Under the pieces are notes generated by a model that ran no database searches, was not told the DNA's origin, and saw only the letters and a list, made by a program, of their open reading frames with translations. A stretch of DNA of 64,000 bases from an uncultured virus (IMG/VR IMGVR_UViG_3300045940_000149) (Duplodnaviria > Heunggongvirae > Uroviricota > Caudoviricetes), in IMG/VR virus record IMGVR_UViG_3300045940_000149, one strand, 5' to 3'. A program made the translations under genes and the position numbers. Below are positions 20,457 through 32,615 of the stretch, piece by piece (within the stretch, counting starts at the first letter, position 1; each line of letters opens with the position of its first letter).

Positions 20457-20822
20457 ATGGAGCGTAGCGTGCGCGCGTCGAAGACCCCCCGGGAACGGGT
20501 CACCATCGAGGATGCCGTTCCGATCACCGGCTTGTCGGCCCGGACCATGCAAGAGATGGCCGCCCGCGGACTGATCCCCGGAGCGGCCAAGCTGGGACGG
20601 CGGTGGACCTTCGACCTGCACAAGCTCCGCAAGATGATTGAAGCGAAGGAGCAGGAAACGTGGCAGCGGGCAAACGTGGTAAACTTCCTCCGGGCCTCTT
20701 CTGGCGCGGCACAGTCATTTGGGGCCGCAAGCAAGTTGGCGGTCGGCGACAATCATACCCGCTGGGAACAGATAACCCGAAGATCGCGCAAACGCGTTTT
20801 GAAAAACTTGAAGCAAGACTGA
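20457..20822 (+). CDS. xis: Excisionase (HTH_17-like); start uncertain
   Basis: VTIEDAVPITGLSARTMQEMAARGLIPGAAKLGRRWTF; overlaps int. Confidence 0.75.
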   Translation: MERSVRASKTPRERVTIEDAVPITGLSARTMQEMAARGLIPGAAKLGRRWTFDLHKLRKMIEAKEQETWQRANVVNFLRASSGAAQSFGAASKLAVGDNHTRWEQITRRSRKRVLKNLKQD

Positions 20823-21730
20823 ACGCAGCCAAGTTCGGTGAAGAGCGCGTCTCGGTGCTGGAAGCCTACGATGCATGGAGCCAGCAGATCGACCGCTTGG
20901 TCAAATCCGAGAAGACGGCAATGCGGTACATCGTATCGATGGGCCAGCTCAAGCCGTACCTCACCAGCATCATGCTCGACGAAGTCAACGCCAAGCTGCT
21001 GTCGTCGATCGTCGAGGACCGGCGCAAGAAGGTCACCGATGCGACCATCAAGCGCGATCTCTTGGCGCTGTCGTCGGTGATCAAGTATGCCGGTGGCAAA
21101 GGATGGATCGATAGCAACCCGGTGCTGAGCTGGCTGGCACTCGATCAGGTCAACGAAAAAGAAACGCTGATCGTGCTGCCGCGGGCGGAAGACATTGCGT
21201 TGGTCAAGCAGCGCGCCGCGGCGATGATTGGTCACCTGATCGACGCCGCGATCGTCACCGGCGCACGGCAGGACGAGCTGGCGACGGCGGAACGCGCCAA
21301 CATCGACCACAAGCACAAGACGTTTACCGTGGTCGGCAAGCGCAACAAGAGGCGGACCATCCCGCTCGATCGGTTTGACGCCTACCGGGTGCTCACCGAC
21401 GTTCCGACTTATGTCGGATCACCGGTTCTGTTTTGGCACGACAAGGGCGAGGCATACTCGACCCTCTCGGGGCAATTCTATCGAGTGGTCGAAGAGACCG
21501 CAAAGTGGGCGAAGCGCGAGAAGGTGGACTTCAAGAAGTTCACGTTCCACAGCCTGCGCCACCTGTACGCCATCAACAGCCTCAAGGACGGCATGTCGAT
21601 CTACACGCTGCAGTCCCGGCTCGGGCACACCAGCGTGGCGACCACCGAGCGCTACCTGCGAGCAGAGTCCGGTTACCTGACCGCGGAAGAGATCCACGCC
21701 GCGAAGTTCGGGAAGGCGGTGAATTCGTGA
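20660..21730 (+). CDS. int: Tyrosine integrase
   Basis: TGARQDE, GKRNK, FHSLRH, LGHTSVATTERY. Confidence 0.93.
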   Translation: MAAGKRGKLPPGLFWRGTVIWGRKQVGGRRQSYPLGTDNPKIAQTRFEKLEARLNAAKFGEERVSVLEAYDAWSQQIDRLVKSEKTAMRYIVSMGQLKPYLTSIMLDEVNAKLLSSIVEDRRKKVTDATIKRDLLALSSVIKYAGGKGWIDSNPVLSWLALDQVNEKETLIVLPRAEDIALVKQRAAAMIGHLIDAAIVTGARQDELATAERANIDHKHKTFTVVGKRNKRRTIPLDRFDAYRVLTDVPTYVGSPVLFWHDKGEAYSTLSGQFYRVVEETAKWAKREKVDFKKFTFHSLRHLYAINSLKDGMSIYTLQSRLGHTSVATTERYLRAESGYLTAEEIHAAKFGKAVNS

Positions 21731-22062
21731 TCTGCCCGGACTGCAAGCGCGAGATGGAGCTGTACGATCCGGCGGTACCGTTAGCTCCGATATACGAATG
21801 CTTCCATTGCCGGTGCGCGGTCATTGGGTTTCCGGTTAACGATGACGAGATCACCGCGCTCGATGAAGTGATCAAGCGCATGACCGATCCGGAGCCGCCG
21901 CACGAAAAGGCCACGCTCGACGAGCTGGAACGGGTTTGTACGGCAGTAAGCCAAGCTGGCGGCAAAGCGTTCGTAGACTTCACTGATGGCCCCGGTCGGG
22001 TGGAACGGCGTGGCAATTTCCTGATCCTGCGGCGCAGGCCGCGGAATTGAGTCGTTGAAGAA

Positions 22063-22321
22063 AGTGGCTACAAAAGTGGCTACAGTCGATCCGAAGGCAA
22101 AGCGAAAAGACCTCTCAAGTGACTGAAGTTAAAAGAGATTGCCGGGTTAGCTCAGCGGTAGAGCAGCGGTTTTGTAATTCGATTGAGGGTTTTTTCATTC
22201 AGCCGCAAAACATCGAAGAAACATCGATGGCATCGGCACTTCTTGCTTGTTCTGACTCGCGCGCCAACCGCACAAAACGAGACCAAAAACGGACAGAGTG
22301 GCTACAAAAGTGGCTACAGTC
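22063..22321. other. attP site with arm-type direct repeats
   Basis: Exact 25-nt AGTGGCTACAAAAGTGGCTACAGTC at 22063-22087 and 22297-22321, flanking a tRNA fragment just downstream of int. Confidence 0.8.
22141..22177 (+). tRNA. 5' half of tRNA-Thr(UGU), att core; not a complete tRNA
   Basis: GCCGGGTTAGCTCAGCGGTAGAGCAGCGGTTTTGTAA ends after the anticodon loop; no T-arm. Confidence 0.8.
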
Positions 22322-22848
22322 CGGAAGGCTCGAAGACAGCAATGTTCCTGCTCTGATCGCATGCGGAACCCGGACGCAAATAGGTATCGGGAACCATCAA
22401 GCATTCCTTTACGGACCGATAGGCGAGTCCTACACTCCCGAAAGCCTGAAGGGAGCCAGACCATGTTCCGCATCGCATTCATCTGTGACGACAAGAAGCT
22501 CGCGCAGATCCTGCGCGGGCTGCAGGGCCAGACCTACGATCTGACCGTCGTGCCGGTCGCCAACGCCGAGAAGGCCAACGGCAAACTCAAGGAGCAAACG
22601 CCGAACGGCAACGCCACCGAGCTGTTCCTGCATCACATCAAGAAGCACCGGATCACCGAAGTGACGCCGCGCGACGTGCAGAACATGCTGCAGGAGAACG
22701 GGTTCAGCGCACGGTCATACTCGTACGCGATGCGCTCGCTGCAGGACAAGAAGATACTCTCGAAGACCAAGAGCGCCCGCGGCACCTACGCGGTGCTCGG
22801 GTCCAAGAAGTCCAAGGCGAAACCGGCAACAGCAAAGGCGGCAGCGAC

Positions 22849-23160
22849 ATGAAGCGGAAGCCATTCAAGCTCAAGCCCTACAAAACCTACAGGTTCAAGG
22901 GCCAAGACCCGATCGTGGATCGGGTGTTCGACGCCACCGATGGCTACAAGCTCTCGCAGCTCTCGGCCAAGTCCGGGGTGAGTGTCAGCACCATCAGCAA
23001 CTGGTTCAAGGGCAAGACCAAGCGCCCGCAGTTTGCGACCATCAACGCGGTGCTGATCGCCAGCGGTCATGAGCTGAAGGTGGCGAAGACGATCGCCGCC
23101 CGTCGCCGCGAAGCGCGTGAGCAAGAGACCCGTCCGGTCGTGCAGACGGTGATGCATTAA
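22849..23160 (+). CDS. XRE HTH protein
   Basis: LSQLSAKSGVSVSTISNWFKGKTKRPQFATI. Confidence 0.75.
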   Translation: MKRKPFKLKPYKTYRFKGQDPIVDRVFDATDGYKLSQLSAKSGVSVSTISNWFKGKTKRPQFATINAVLIASGHELKVAKTIAARRREAREQETRPVVQTVMH

Positions 23161-23373
23161 GCTGATGACCCGGACCAAGCTGTTCATGCGGGCGCAGATG
23201 CCGACCGCGCTGGTTCACGCGTTCCTGCAGCACATTCGCGACTTCGACAGTCAGCACTTGGACTGCCACTTCGAGATGGGCGCGGACATCGACAAGCCGA
23301 TCGCCGAGATCATCGAGATGTTGCGCATCCATCCCGAGCTAACCATCACCAAGGTATTCGAGCGGGAGCAGTC

Positions 23374-23694
23374 GTGAACGGCACCATGCTGATCTTCCGG
23401 CCGGGCGAGGATCTGGAAGTCCGGACGTTGGACGCGACGCCCGAGATCGAAACGCTGCATGAGCTGGTCGGCGGCTACATCGAAGCGGTGCCGGGGTTCG
23501 ATCGGGTCGCGCATGCCGGGACCGAGCAGCGATGCGTGGCGTTCTGCAACGAAGAGGGCAAATTGAATGGCCTGCCGCCCAACACGGTCGCCACCGTGCT
23601 TTGGCGAATAGCGCTGGGCCGCCCGCAATCCGACTGGCTGGTCGGCCCGGTGGTGGTGCTGTATGGCGATCGGGAATTCATGGAAGACTTGTAG
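23374..23694 (+). CDS. DUF3846-like protein
   Basis: LVGGYIEAV..CNEEGKLNGLPPN..LVGPVVV. Confidence 0.7.
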   Translation: MNGTMLIFRPGEDLEVRTLDATPEIETLHELVGGYIEAVPGFDRVAHAGTEQRCVAFCNEEGKLNGLPPNTVATVLWRIALGRPQSDWLVGPVVVLYGDREFMEDL

Positions 23695-23941
23695 GGAGGC
23701 GCAGATGGGACTCGCCGACGACCACTTCGAGATCGAATGGATCGATGGTCACCGCGAGCCGCGCCACCCGCCCAACCCCGAGTACCCCAAGGGCATAGAC
23801 CTCGACCTGTCGCTCGGGGCCGCGATGGCCTGCACGGTGCAGCTCCCCTACCCGGCCAAGCGCTGCGGCATGTATTTGGTGACCTGCACCGACTGCCACC
23901 ATCTCACCGCGATCTCGACCGCCGGGCGGCCGGACGATCCT

Positions 23942-24131
23942 CGCTCCGTCAAGCTGGCCTGCAAGCTGTGGCCACCACGCCCTAGGTCCAGCCGCGGGTG
24001 CTGGCGTAGGTGATGTTCTCGGTCTCGCCCTTCTCCCAAGCGGGTCCGGGTGGTCACGAAGCCCCGCGGCAAGGCGACCAAGCGCCCGCGCCACATCCTG
24101 TTGCCGCTCCGTCAAGCTGGCCTGCAAGCTG
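23942..24131. repeat. Mosaic of locally copied fragments
   Basis: 27-nt direct repeat enclosing a promoter piece plus an inverted and a direct copy of parts of ORF 24213-24794. Confidence 0.85.
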
Positions 24132-24156
24132 GTGCAACATTAACTCGAAAGCGCCC

Positions 24157-24185
24157 CTTGCGCAGTAGGCCACCACGCCCTATAT
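24157..24185 (+). promoter_or_regulatory. Repeated promoter/operator, copy 2
   Basis: CTTGCGCAGTAGGCCACCACGCCCTATAT. Confidence 0.75.
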
Positions 24186-25653
24186 CAAGGGTGAGGGAAA
24201 AGCGAGGAAAAGATGGCGATCGTCATGATGTGCGCTGCGACCGACCCCGGTGCGGTGCGCGACGACTACTGGAGCAAGAACGGCCACGAAATCTGGACGC
24301 GCGAGACCCACAAGGGTCTGGTGCTCGAAACGCGCGAGATCAACGGCTACGACGACAGCGACTTCTACGCGGTGGTCTGGAATTGGGAAAAGGGTGACAC
24401 CGAGAACGTCACCTACGCCAGCACCCGCGGCTGGACCTACCCCAACGGCGCGGCGGTGGACGCCACCGAAGAGGTCGTGGCGGCCTACAAGGCCCTGCTC
24501 GCCAAGCGCGAGGCCGAGCGGAAGGCCGCAGCGCTCGCCCGCGAGGCGGCGACACCCCGCCGGGGCAAGCGGGTCCGGGTGATCACGAAGCTCCGCGGCA
24601 AGGCGACCAAGCACGTCGAGGTCGGTGCCGAAGGCACGGTCTTCTGGACCGGCGAGGATGCCTACAAAAAGCGGCCGGTGTTCGGTTGGGCCGACCCCCG
24701 CGAGGCAATCCGGGTCGGCGTCAAGCTCGACAACGGCGGCGAGCACGTCTTTCTCGCCGGGATGATGGTGGAAGTGATCGAGGAAGTGGCCTGATGGACG
24801 AACTCAAGAGAGCCGATCGCGACGCGAGGTACGAGTACGAGATCAACTTCAAGCGCCGGGTCGCTGCGGTGCGCGCCGGTCGCCTGTGGGCCGAGCGCAA
24901 CGCCTACGCCGAGCCGGAAGAGTACAAGGCGCGGATCGAAGCCTACACCAAGAAGTACGGCGAAGAGCTGGGCAAGCTGTACGCCGAAGGTCTGGTCGCC
25001 GAGATGTACTACCCGGCGGCCGAGAAGAGGACGAGGGATCTGTGACTTCATAAGGCGAATGCGCGGCTTTCCAACTGAGGCCGCGATAGGCGGTGGGATG
25101 GGTGAGAGCAGTTGGCGACCCTCCCACCGCCGCACAAGGAAATGGCTGAAGGAAACCCGTATGCATCGTGAGTGACACCGCCGCGATGCTGCTCGCGCCC
25201 ACGTTTTATGTCTGCTGGCGGCCATTTTGGATGAAGAACCTTCGCACCTACACGATGACCATCGAAGAGCAAGCGAACTTCGATCCGGCCGCGTTCACCG
25301 AGAAGCTGAAAGCTGCCGGGTTCAAGCTCGACAGCGAGCAATGCCCGGTCAAGATCACGCGCCCGTTCGATCGAGTGGCCACCCCTGACGGCGTCGTGAT
25401 CTGGCGGCAATGGGACGGAGACCAGTGATGACCGCGCTCCCCAACGTCACCGAAGAGATCGAGGCGCTGATCGACAAGGTTGGCTTGCTCCACGTCATGA
25501 CCGCGATCGAGACGGTGTGCGGCGAGAAGGCCGATCACATCATCTACGCGTGGCAGGACAAGACCACCGCCAAGCCGTGGCGATCGGCCGAGCGCACGCT
25601 GGGCGCGACCGTCCGCAAGATCGACAAGCTGGGAATTTGAGAAAGGAGAAGGA

Positions 25654-25971
25654 ATGGGTTTCAGGTTTCGCAAGAGCGTCGGCCTCGGCAAGCTGGCGCG
25701 AGTCAATCTCTCGAAGTCGGGTCTCGGCCTGTCGGTCGGGGTGCGCGGAGCGCGGGTGAACCTGCCGTCGCGCGGCAAGCCGAATGCCACGATCGGAATT
25801 CCCGGCACCGGGCTCTACTACCAGACGCCGATCGCCGACAGCATGCCCAAGGCCGGATCATCCTCGGCACGGTTCTGGTCGTGGTTCGCCATCGGATGGG
25901 TGGTCGCCAGTTTCACCGCCGGTCCGCTGTTCATCCTGTTCCTGATCCTGCTCGGGATGATCCTTCCATGA
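25654..25971 (+). CDS. DUF4236 membrane protein
   Basis: MGFRFRKSV..RVNLSKSG..GIPGTGLYY plus hydrophobic C-terminus. Confidence 0.8.
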   Translation: MGFRFRKSVGLGKLARVNLSKSGLGLSVGVRGARVNLPSRGKPNATIGIPGTGLYYQTPIADSMPKAGSSSARFWSWFAIGWVVASFTAGPLFILFLILLGMILP

Positions 25972-26312
25972 TGAAGTGGTTTGCCATGATGCTTGCGCTC
26001 GCTGCGAGCACTGTCGCCGTCGAAGCGCAAGCGCCGCCGCCCGAGCCGATCGGCTGGGTCTACAGCCGGTACCTCTTCTGTCCCGAGCTGTACACCTGCC
26101 CGGTGCCCATCGTCGGGGTCGCCGCGGACGGGCTCAATGTCAGGATCGCCCCGGACGGCCCGCCGATCGTGGCTCTCGTCAACGGGACACCGCTGCTCCC
26201 GCTCGATCGCGTCGGAGCTTGGACGCTGGTCGCGCCCGCCTGCGATCTCGTGCCGACCTTCGCTTGGTCTTGGACGGCGGGCGTCCCGCTCTTGCGGTGC
26301 TGGGTTTGGTGA
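25968..26312 (+). CDS. Secreted SH3b-like protein
   Basis: Signal peptide; DGLNVRIAP..LVNGT..GAWTLV. Confidence 0.5.
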   Translation: MMKWFAMMLALAASTVAVEAQAPPPEPIGWVYSRYLFCPELYTCPVPIVGVAADGLNVRIAPDGPPIVALVNGTPLLPLDRVGAWTLVAPACDLVPTFAWSWTAGVPLLRCWVW

Positions 26313-26475
26313 TGGAGGTACGATGACTGAAGACCAGATCGAACGAAAGGTCGAGATCCTGTTCAACCGGATCGACGCCAAGCTGATGCGCGGCGAGATC
26401 ACGCAGGAAATCTACGACACGCTGGCGGCCGACATTCACAAGTGGGCGGGCGATCAAGCTGCCCGCCGCCGACCT

Positions 26476-26504
26476 CTTGCACGGTAGGCCACCACGCCCT
26501 ATAT
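26476..26504 (+). promoter_or_regulatory. Repeated promoter/operator, copy 3
   Basis: CTTGCACGGTAGGCCACCACGCCCTATAT. Confidence 0.75.
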
Positions 26505-28428
26505 GAAGGGTGAGGAAGTTTGGAGGGACAATGATCACGGTGACCTACTCTTCGATCGACGGCGTGCGCAAGCGGCGCAAGTTCAAGACGCTGGCCGGTG
26601 CGCGCAAGTTCGCCACCCATTGGGTCGGCGACAATCCGGATCTCGGTTCGAGCTACGCGGTCTCGTTCGACGGCGTCGGCAAGATCACGGTGGACGGCGT
26701 CCCGCTCAAGAAGCTGTTCGGTAAGGACGACGAGCGCCCGGACGGCCGGTTCTGGCTGGTGGTCACCAACGACGGCCACAGCGGCGGCACGTGGTACGCC
26801 ACGCTGGCGGCGGCTGAAGCCGAAGCCCGTGCCATGAACGCCGATGGCGAAGCCTGCCACGTCGAGGCTTGGGACTACGACGAGAACGGCGACCCGGTGC
26901 CGGTACCGCTGCCCGCCAAGCTGCGACCCCTGCGCACGATCGAAGAGGACGAGGTTCCGTTCTGATGATCGACACCAGCCTGACCGGCGACATGCTCATG
27001 GAGCAAGCCTGCATGACCGCCGAGCATTACATGATCGAGGCCATCAAGCGGATCGACGTGCAATTCGGCAACGGCACTGCCAAGCAGCACCCCGAGCTGG
27101 TCGCCGCATTCATGCAGGCCGCCGCCTTCGATTGCGGCACCGCGCTGATCGGCCAGCAACTTCGCTCGATCGCCGTGCTCATGGAGGAACACCGATGAAG
27201 AAGCTGACCAAGGAACAGGAAAAGACCCGCGCGGATCTGGTCGCCCGGCTGACGATCGCCGCGGCCGATATCGACAAGAAGCTGGTCGAGGTCAACGCGA
27301 TGATCAGCGACCTACTGAACCCAGCGATCGAAACCTACAACGCGGTGGTCTCCGATATCGAGAGCTTCCGCGACGAGATCGTCGGCGAGATGGACACCTA
27401 CATCGGCGAGCGATCGGAGAAGTGGACCGAGAGCGACGCCGGTCAGAACTACGAGAGCTGGAAGAGCGATTGGGAGAGCTACGACACCACCGCGCTCGAC
27501 ACCATCGACGAGATCGAGTCGCCCGAGACCGAGCATGGCAACGAGTTGGAGCAGCTTAACCCGGAGCCTGATTCGTGACGAGAACCGAAAGGAACCTTCT
27601 GTTCGGATTCGCCGGTCGCGAGGATGCGACGCGCCGCATCAAGTGGCGATATCACGTGGCCATCAAGCGACTGAGGGAACGCGGTCTCGTCGAGGCCGAG
27701 CTTGACATAGAGCCGGACGCCCTGCGCGGCAGGCACCGCACCATCTGGCAACTGAAGCTGACGCCAACCGGAAAGGATTTCATCCGTGACGCCAGAACAG
27801 ATTGAATTGCGCCGCCTTGGTCAGGATCTCAAGCTGTTCCTGCGCTTGGCCGCCCATCATTTTCCGCACGCAAAGGACAGGGAAGTTCTGAGTCGCCTGC
27901 ACGATCTGGCGACCGAGTACGCCAACGGCGTGGACATTTCCGCGGCAGCACCGAAGGAACCGGTGGAATGAAGCACCCGCTTTCAGAGATATCCAAGAAG
28001 ACCCGGTTCAAGCTGAACCCCACCACGCACGAACTCATGAGCGGCGAGATCGACTACGCGATTCTCTGCCGCAACGACGGATACATGGCGTGGTCCAAGA
28101 CCCGCGAGGGACCGATCCGGCCGGACTTCGCCGCTGCGGTCGCCGACGTGAAGGACATGAAGGTGCAGGATGAACATCAATCCACTCTCCGATCTTGAAT
28201 TTCGCGACGCCGTAACCTTCGTCGCCTACCAGCTCGAAAAGGGCGAAATCTCCCGCACGCTGGCTGCATCCGACTTGCGCCGGTTCATCGCTGGCCGGGC
28301 CTTGGGCGAGAACCGAGACCGGCGACGCAAGGTGTTCAACGAATTGTCGCCAGTCGCCAAGACGCCGCTGGATCTCGGTGTGGCGCGGTTTGCAGCCGAC
28401 GTTGCCGAGCTGCTTGGCGAAAGCACCC

Positions 28429-28457
28429 CTTGAAACGTAGGCCGCCAAGCCCTATAT
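28429..28457 (+). promoter_or_regulatory. Repeated promoter/operator, copy 4
   Basis: CTTGAAACGTAGGCCGCCAAGCCCTATAT. Confidence 0.75.
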
Positions 28458-29145
28458 CAGGGATGGAGGAACTTTCATGACCTACTACGAATGGCGCGAA
28501 GCGGTTCTGGCCGATCTGGCCACATCCGGCATCGCCGAGAAGGCGCTGAAGGCCGCCTACATCCGCGGAGAGACGGTCGCGGAGGCGGTCACCAACATGC
28601 TGATCGCCATCGGCAACAAGGCGACCGAGAACGAGCGCCGGGCCGCGAAGTACCGCACCAATCGAGGTATGCGATGACCGAGATCAGTCTGGAATTTCTA
28701 GCGCAACAGAATGAGCGGATCATCGCTGGGATCAACGCTATCCGCGACGATATCAACGTGCTGACCGCGATGGTGCTGCGGCAGGACAACACTCTGCGCG
28801 GGCTGGTCGATGAAGTCCGCGCGATGCACAAGCAGCACAATCGCTTCGGCGAGCGTTTGCGCAAGCTGGAGACGCCATGACCCGCGAGCAGGCCCTGCCC
28901 TACGTTGCCTACTGCGTCGATGACGCGCTGGCGGAACGCGAGCTGAAGGACATGCCGCCGCACGCCGTTCTCGTCGGCTGGCAGGTCGGCTTCGAGCCGC
29001 TGTTCGTGGCGTGCTGGTCCTATCTCGGCGGCGAGGAATGCAACCCGGACTACGCCGAAGCCTGCGAGCTGGCCACCGATCTCTTGGTCGAGAAGAAGTG
29101 GTTCGCCGACAACGACAACCCGCCGGACCCGGATTTCGTGATCAC

Positions 29146-29685
29146 ATGACCCGCGCCTGCGGCGACTGCCAACTCTGTTGCAAGCTGATGCCGCTGCCCG
29201 AGCTGCGCAAGGGTGCCAATACCCGCTGCGAGCATCAGCGGCGCGGCAAGGGCTGCATGATCTACCGCCGCCGTCCGCAGCCCTGCGCGCTGTGGTCCTG
29301 CCGATGGCTGACCGGTGCCGATACGTACGACCAGCAGCGCCCCGACCGGTCGCACGTGGTCATCGACATGATTCCCGACTCGATCGAAGTCCGCCGCGAC
29401 GATACCGGCGCGAGCGTCGCGGTCGTGGAAGTGGTGCAGATGTGGGTCGATCCGGATTACCGCGACGCGTGGCGCACCGATGCCGTGCGTGCCTTCATCA
29501 CCCGCCGGGCCGCCGAAGGAATCGGAACGATCGTGCGCTGGGGCACCGATGACGGCATGGTGGTGCTCGCCCCGCCGATGACCCCCGAGTGGGTCGAAGA
29601 ACGCGGGACGGCGATCCCGAGCAGAACATCGGCTGAAGTGTTTCGAATGGTGCAGATGGCCAGAGAACAGAGAGGCGCAGCGTGA
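29146..29685 (+). CDS. CxxCxxCC (YkgJ-like) cysteine-cluster protein
   Basis: CGDCQLCC..C..GCMIYRRRPQPC..C. Confidence 0.6.
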   Translation: MTRACGDCQLCCKLMPLPELRKGANTRCEHQRRGKGCMIYRRRPQPCALWSCRWLTGADTYDQQRPDRSHVVIDMIPDSIEVRRDDTGASVAVVEVVQMWVDPDYRDAWRTDAVRAFITRRAAEGIGTIVRWGTDDGMVVLAPPMTPEWVEERGTAIPSRTSAEVFRMVQMAREQRGAA

Positions 29686-30567
29686 CCTACCGCTACATCG
29701 TCATCTGCCGCGACGATCGCAAGGACGAAGACACCCCGGGCGATTACGTGATGGCCACGCATGGGACGTTCATCACCCGCGAGGCCGCGGAGCACTACGC
29801 CAAGGGCGTGAGCCCGTCGCGCGAGGCGATCGTGGTCGAGATGGGCAAGCCGCTGTACGAGCGCCCGGTCGTCTGCGACGTGTGCATCGGCACCGGCTGG
29901 ATCAGGGCCGGTAGGTTTCAGCGCATAGCTGGCACCGCATTCATCGGTCCGGACACTGTGCCCACGCGGGTCGCGTGTTGGAAATGTGGAGGCAACAAGA
30001 ATGCCGAAGAAGCTGCAGAGCAAGGCGGCGCGTGACCGGTCCTATCACGTGATGATGGCCGCGCTGGCCGAAGAGATGCGCGTCTGCAAGCTGAGCCGGG
30101 AAGAGCGATCACGGCGCAGCCGGGAGATTTGGCAAGACTGCTACGGCGACATGAAGGAAGGGAAGAGGGATGACGGAACCGTTGACCAAGATGCGCCCGC
30201 CGACCGCGACCGAGCGGCTGGATGACCAAATCACCGAGCTGTCGGCCAAGACCCGGCTGAAATCATGGAACGAGTTCGTCGAGGCGCTGGCCGTACCGCA
30301 GGATCTGCTGCCGGGCATGCTGACCAACCGCCCGGAGTTACTGAAGCTGGCGCAGCCGCGAGCGATGACCGAAGCGGAAGTCGCGGTGCTCTACAAGCTG
30401 ATCATCGGCCTGATCGAGACCAATCAGGCATTGCGCGAGCACGCCGAGCAGGTCGCCCATCAGGTCACTCTGTGGGAGGCATCGTTCAAGCAACTGGAAT
30501 CGGTCGGCCGCCGTATCAAGGCGTTCGCCAATTTCAAACGCACTGACAACCTTGAGGATGAAGACGA

Positions 30568-30810
30568 ATGAAGACCCTGCTGTTCCTGCTCGCCCTTGTC
30601 GCCACTGCCAACGCCGAGAGCTTCTACGACGCCCGCGGCAACAAGACCGGGTCGGCGACCACGCTGTCGCCGTCGTCGGCCGGAACCACCACCAACGTCT
30701 ACGATGCCCGCGGCAACAAGACAGGATCGGCAACGACGATCGGCGGGACGACCACCTTCTACGACTCGCGGGGCAACAAGACCGGATCGTCAAGCCTGAA
30801 GCCGAGATGA
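30568..30810 (+). CDS. Small secreted repeat protein
   Basis: Signal peptide and three YD(A/S)RGNKTGS repeats. Confidence 0.6.
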   Translation: MKTLLFLLALVATANAESFYDARGNKTGSATTLSPSSAGTTTNVYDARGNKTGSATTIGGTTTFYDSRGNKTGSSSLKPR

Positions 30811-32615
30811 CCAACCAATCCGGCCTGTCGGCCACCGCGACAACGCCGGTTCTTCAAAACGTGGTGGAACCAGAGGGAGAGCTGAACAGTGAGACTGCTT
30901 GCTACCATCGCCTTCGTCCTTGTCGCCGTGTCCGGCGCAGAGGCGCAGTACGTCAACGACCACCCCGGGCTCCAGCCGCGGCTCATGTCGCGACCGGACG
31001 GCTACTACTACCAGAAGATGCCGATTCAACCGGCACCAGTCGCGTCCGCGCCGACCCCGCGCGCCGCATCACGCAAGAAGACCAACAACGGTCGATGACC
31101 ATCAGGGGCGGCGATCCCCGCCGCCCAACCTTTTCGAGAGTGCCATGGACAAGACGAAGCAGGTTGAAGAGATCGCGACCGGTGTGACCAAGAAGCTGGC
31201 CGACGAAGGCAAGCTGATCGAGGCGGGCTTCGCGGCGTTCGCCCACTTCGTCATCCCCAAGAATGCGCCGCTGGTGCAGTACACCGAGATGCGACTGGCC
31301 TACATGGCCGGTGCCGAGCACACCTTTGCGAGCATCATGAACATGCTCGACCCCGGCGAAGACCCGACCACCGCCGATCTGCGCCGCATGGATCTGATCG
31401 CGCAAGAGCTGGACGTATGGCGCAGCAAGCTCGCCGAGCGCATGCCAACGAAAGGAAGCGCATGAAAAAGATCACCTACAGCAAGTCCGAGCCGTTCAAG
31501 AGTGGCTGGCGCGGCTGGTCCGATTACGTCGATGTGCATGTGGATGGCGAGAAGATCGGACAGCTTGTGGCCTTTAGCTGCGATCATCGAAAATATCTGA
31601 ACTACGAATTCCACAGCGAGCACCCGGCCGCCGCCCTGTACCCGCGAATTGGCATGATCGGCCTGCGAGCCGCCAAGGAAAAGGTGCGCTCGGCGCTGGA
31701 GCAGACACCGTGAATTGGAACGATCCTGTTGCCCGAGCTGCGCTGATCGATCGCGTCGGGCCGCAAGAGTACAACCGGCTGCAGGAAGAGCACTTCAAGT
31801 CCACCGCGGTCGCGGTGGTCAACGGCCGCCGGATCAGGCGCGTGGGCTCCCGGTTTGGCCCGCTGTACGCGGTCGAGGGCACCGGCCGGGCGTTCAAGAC
31901 GCTGGAGCAGGCCACCGACTTCGCCATGGACGAAGCATGACCCGCCTGATCCTGCGCGCCATCGGCGATATTTTCTACGTGCTGATGTGGAACGTGATGC
32001 CGGAAGCGATCTGTTTGCTGATGTGGTTGGCATCATGATCCGTCACCTGTTCGCCGCCGCACTGGCGCTGATCTGCTCGACCGCCGCCACGGCTCAAATC
32101 CAGCCCGGACCCAACCTCGGCCGGTTCGGCATGTTTACCTACGCACCGCGGGCTGGCTACCTCGGCCCGCCGGTGCCGTTCGTGCGGGTTCAGCCGCCGG
32201 GCCCGGGCTGGCCTGATCTCATGCCCGCGCCCCCGGAGTTCTGGTTCTGGCAACGCGAGCTGCGGCAGAACTCGGTCGCGCCGTGGTACCGGTGGCCGGG
32301 TGGCCGCCCGCCGCCACCCCCACGCGTGCGTCCGGACGTGCTGGATGACGTAGAACCGAATCCGCGAGGGATCACCCGGAAGGAAGTGGAAGACGCACTG
32401 GTGACGTTCTGTCGCGATCGGCCGAACGAAGAGCTGTGCCGCAAGCTGACGGTGAAGCCGTGACCGAGAAAGTCTACCTCACCGTCACCGTCCAAGACGG
32501 CAAGGATACCCTGCACGCCGTGGTCGTCCCGTTCGACCCGGCCAAGCGCGACCAGCTCGCACTGGAGATCGCCCGAGCGATCGTCACCCTGTACGGCGAG
32601 CGTCCCAAAGCACCC

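Noticed and set aside
22141..22215. Complete tRNA gene
   Set aside because: The 3' anticodon stem, T-arm and acceptor 3' strand are absent
23983..24612. DGR template/variable repeat pair
   Set aside because: No reverse transcriptase in the window; mismatches are not adenine-specific; one copy is inverted
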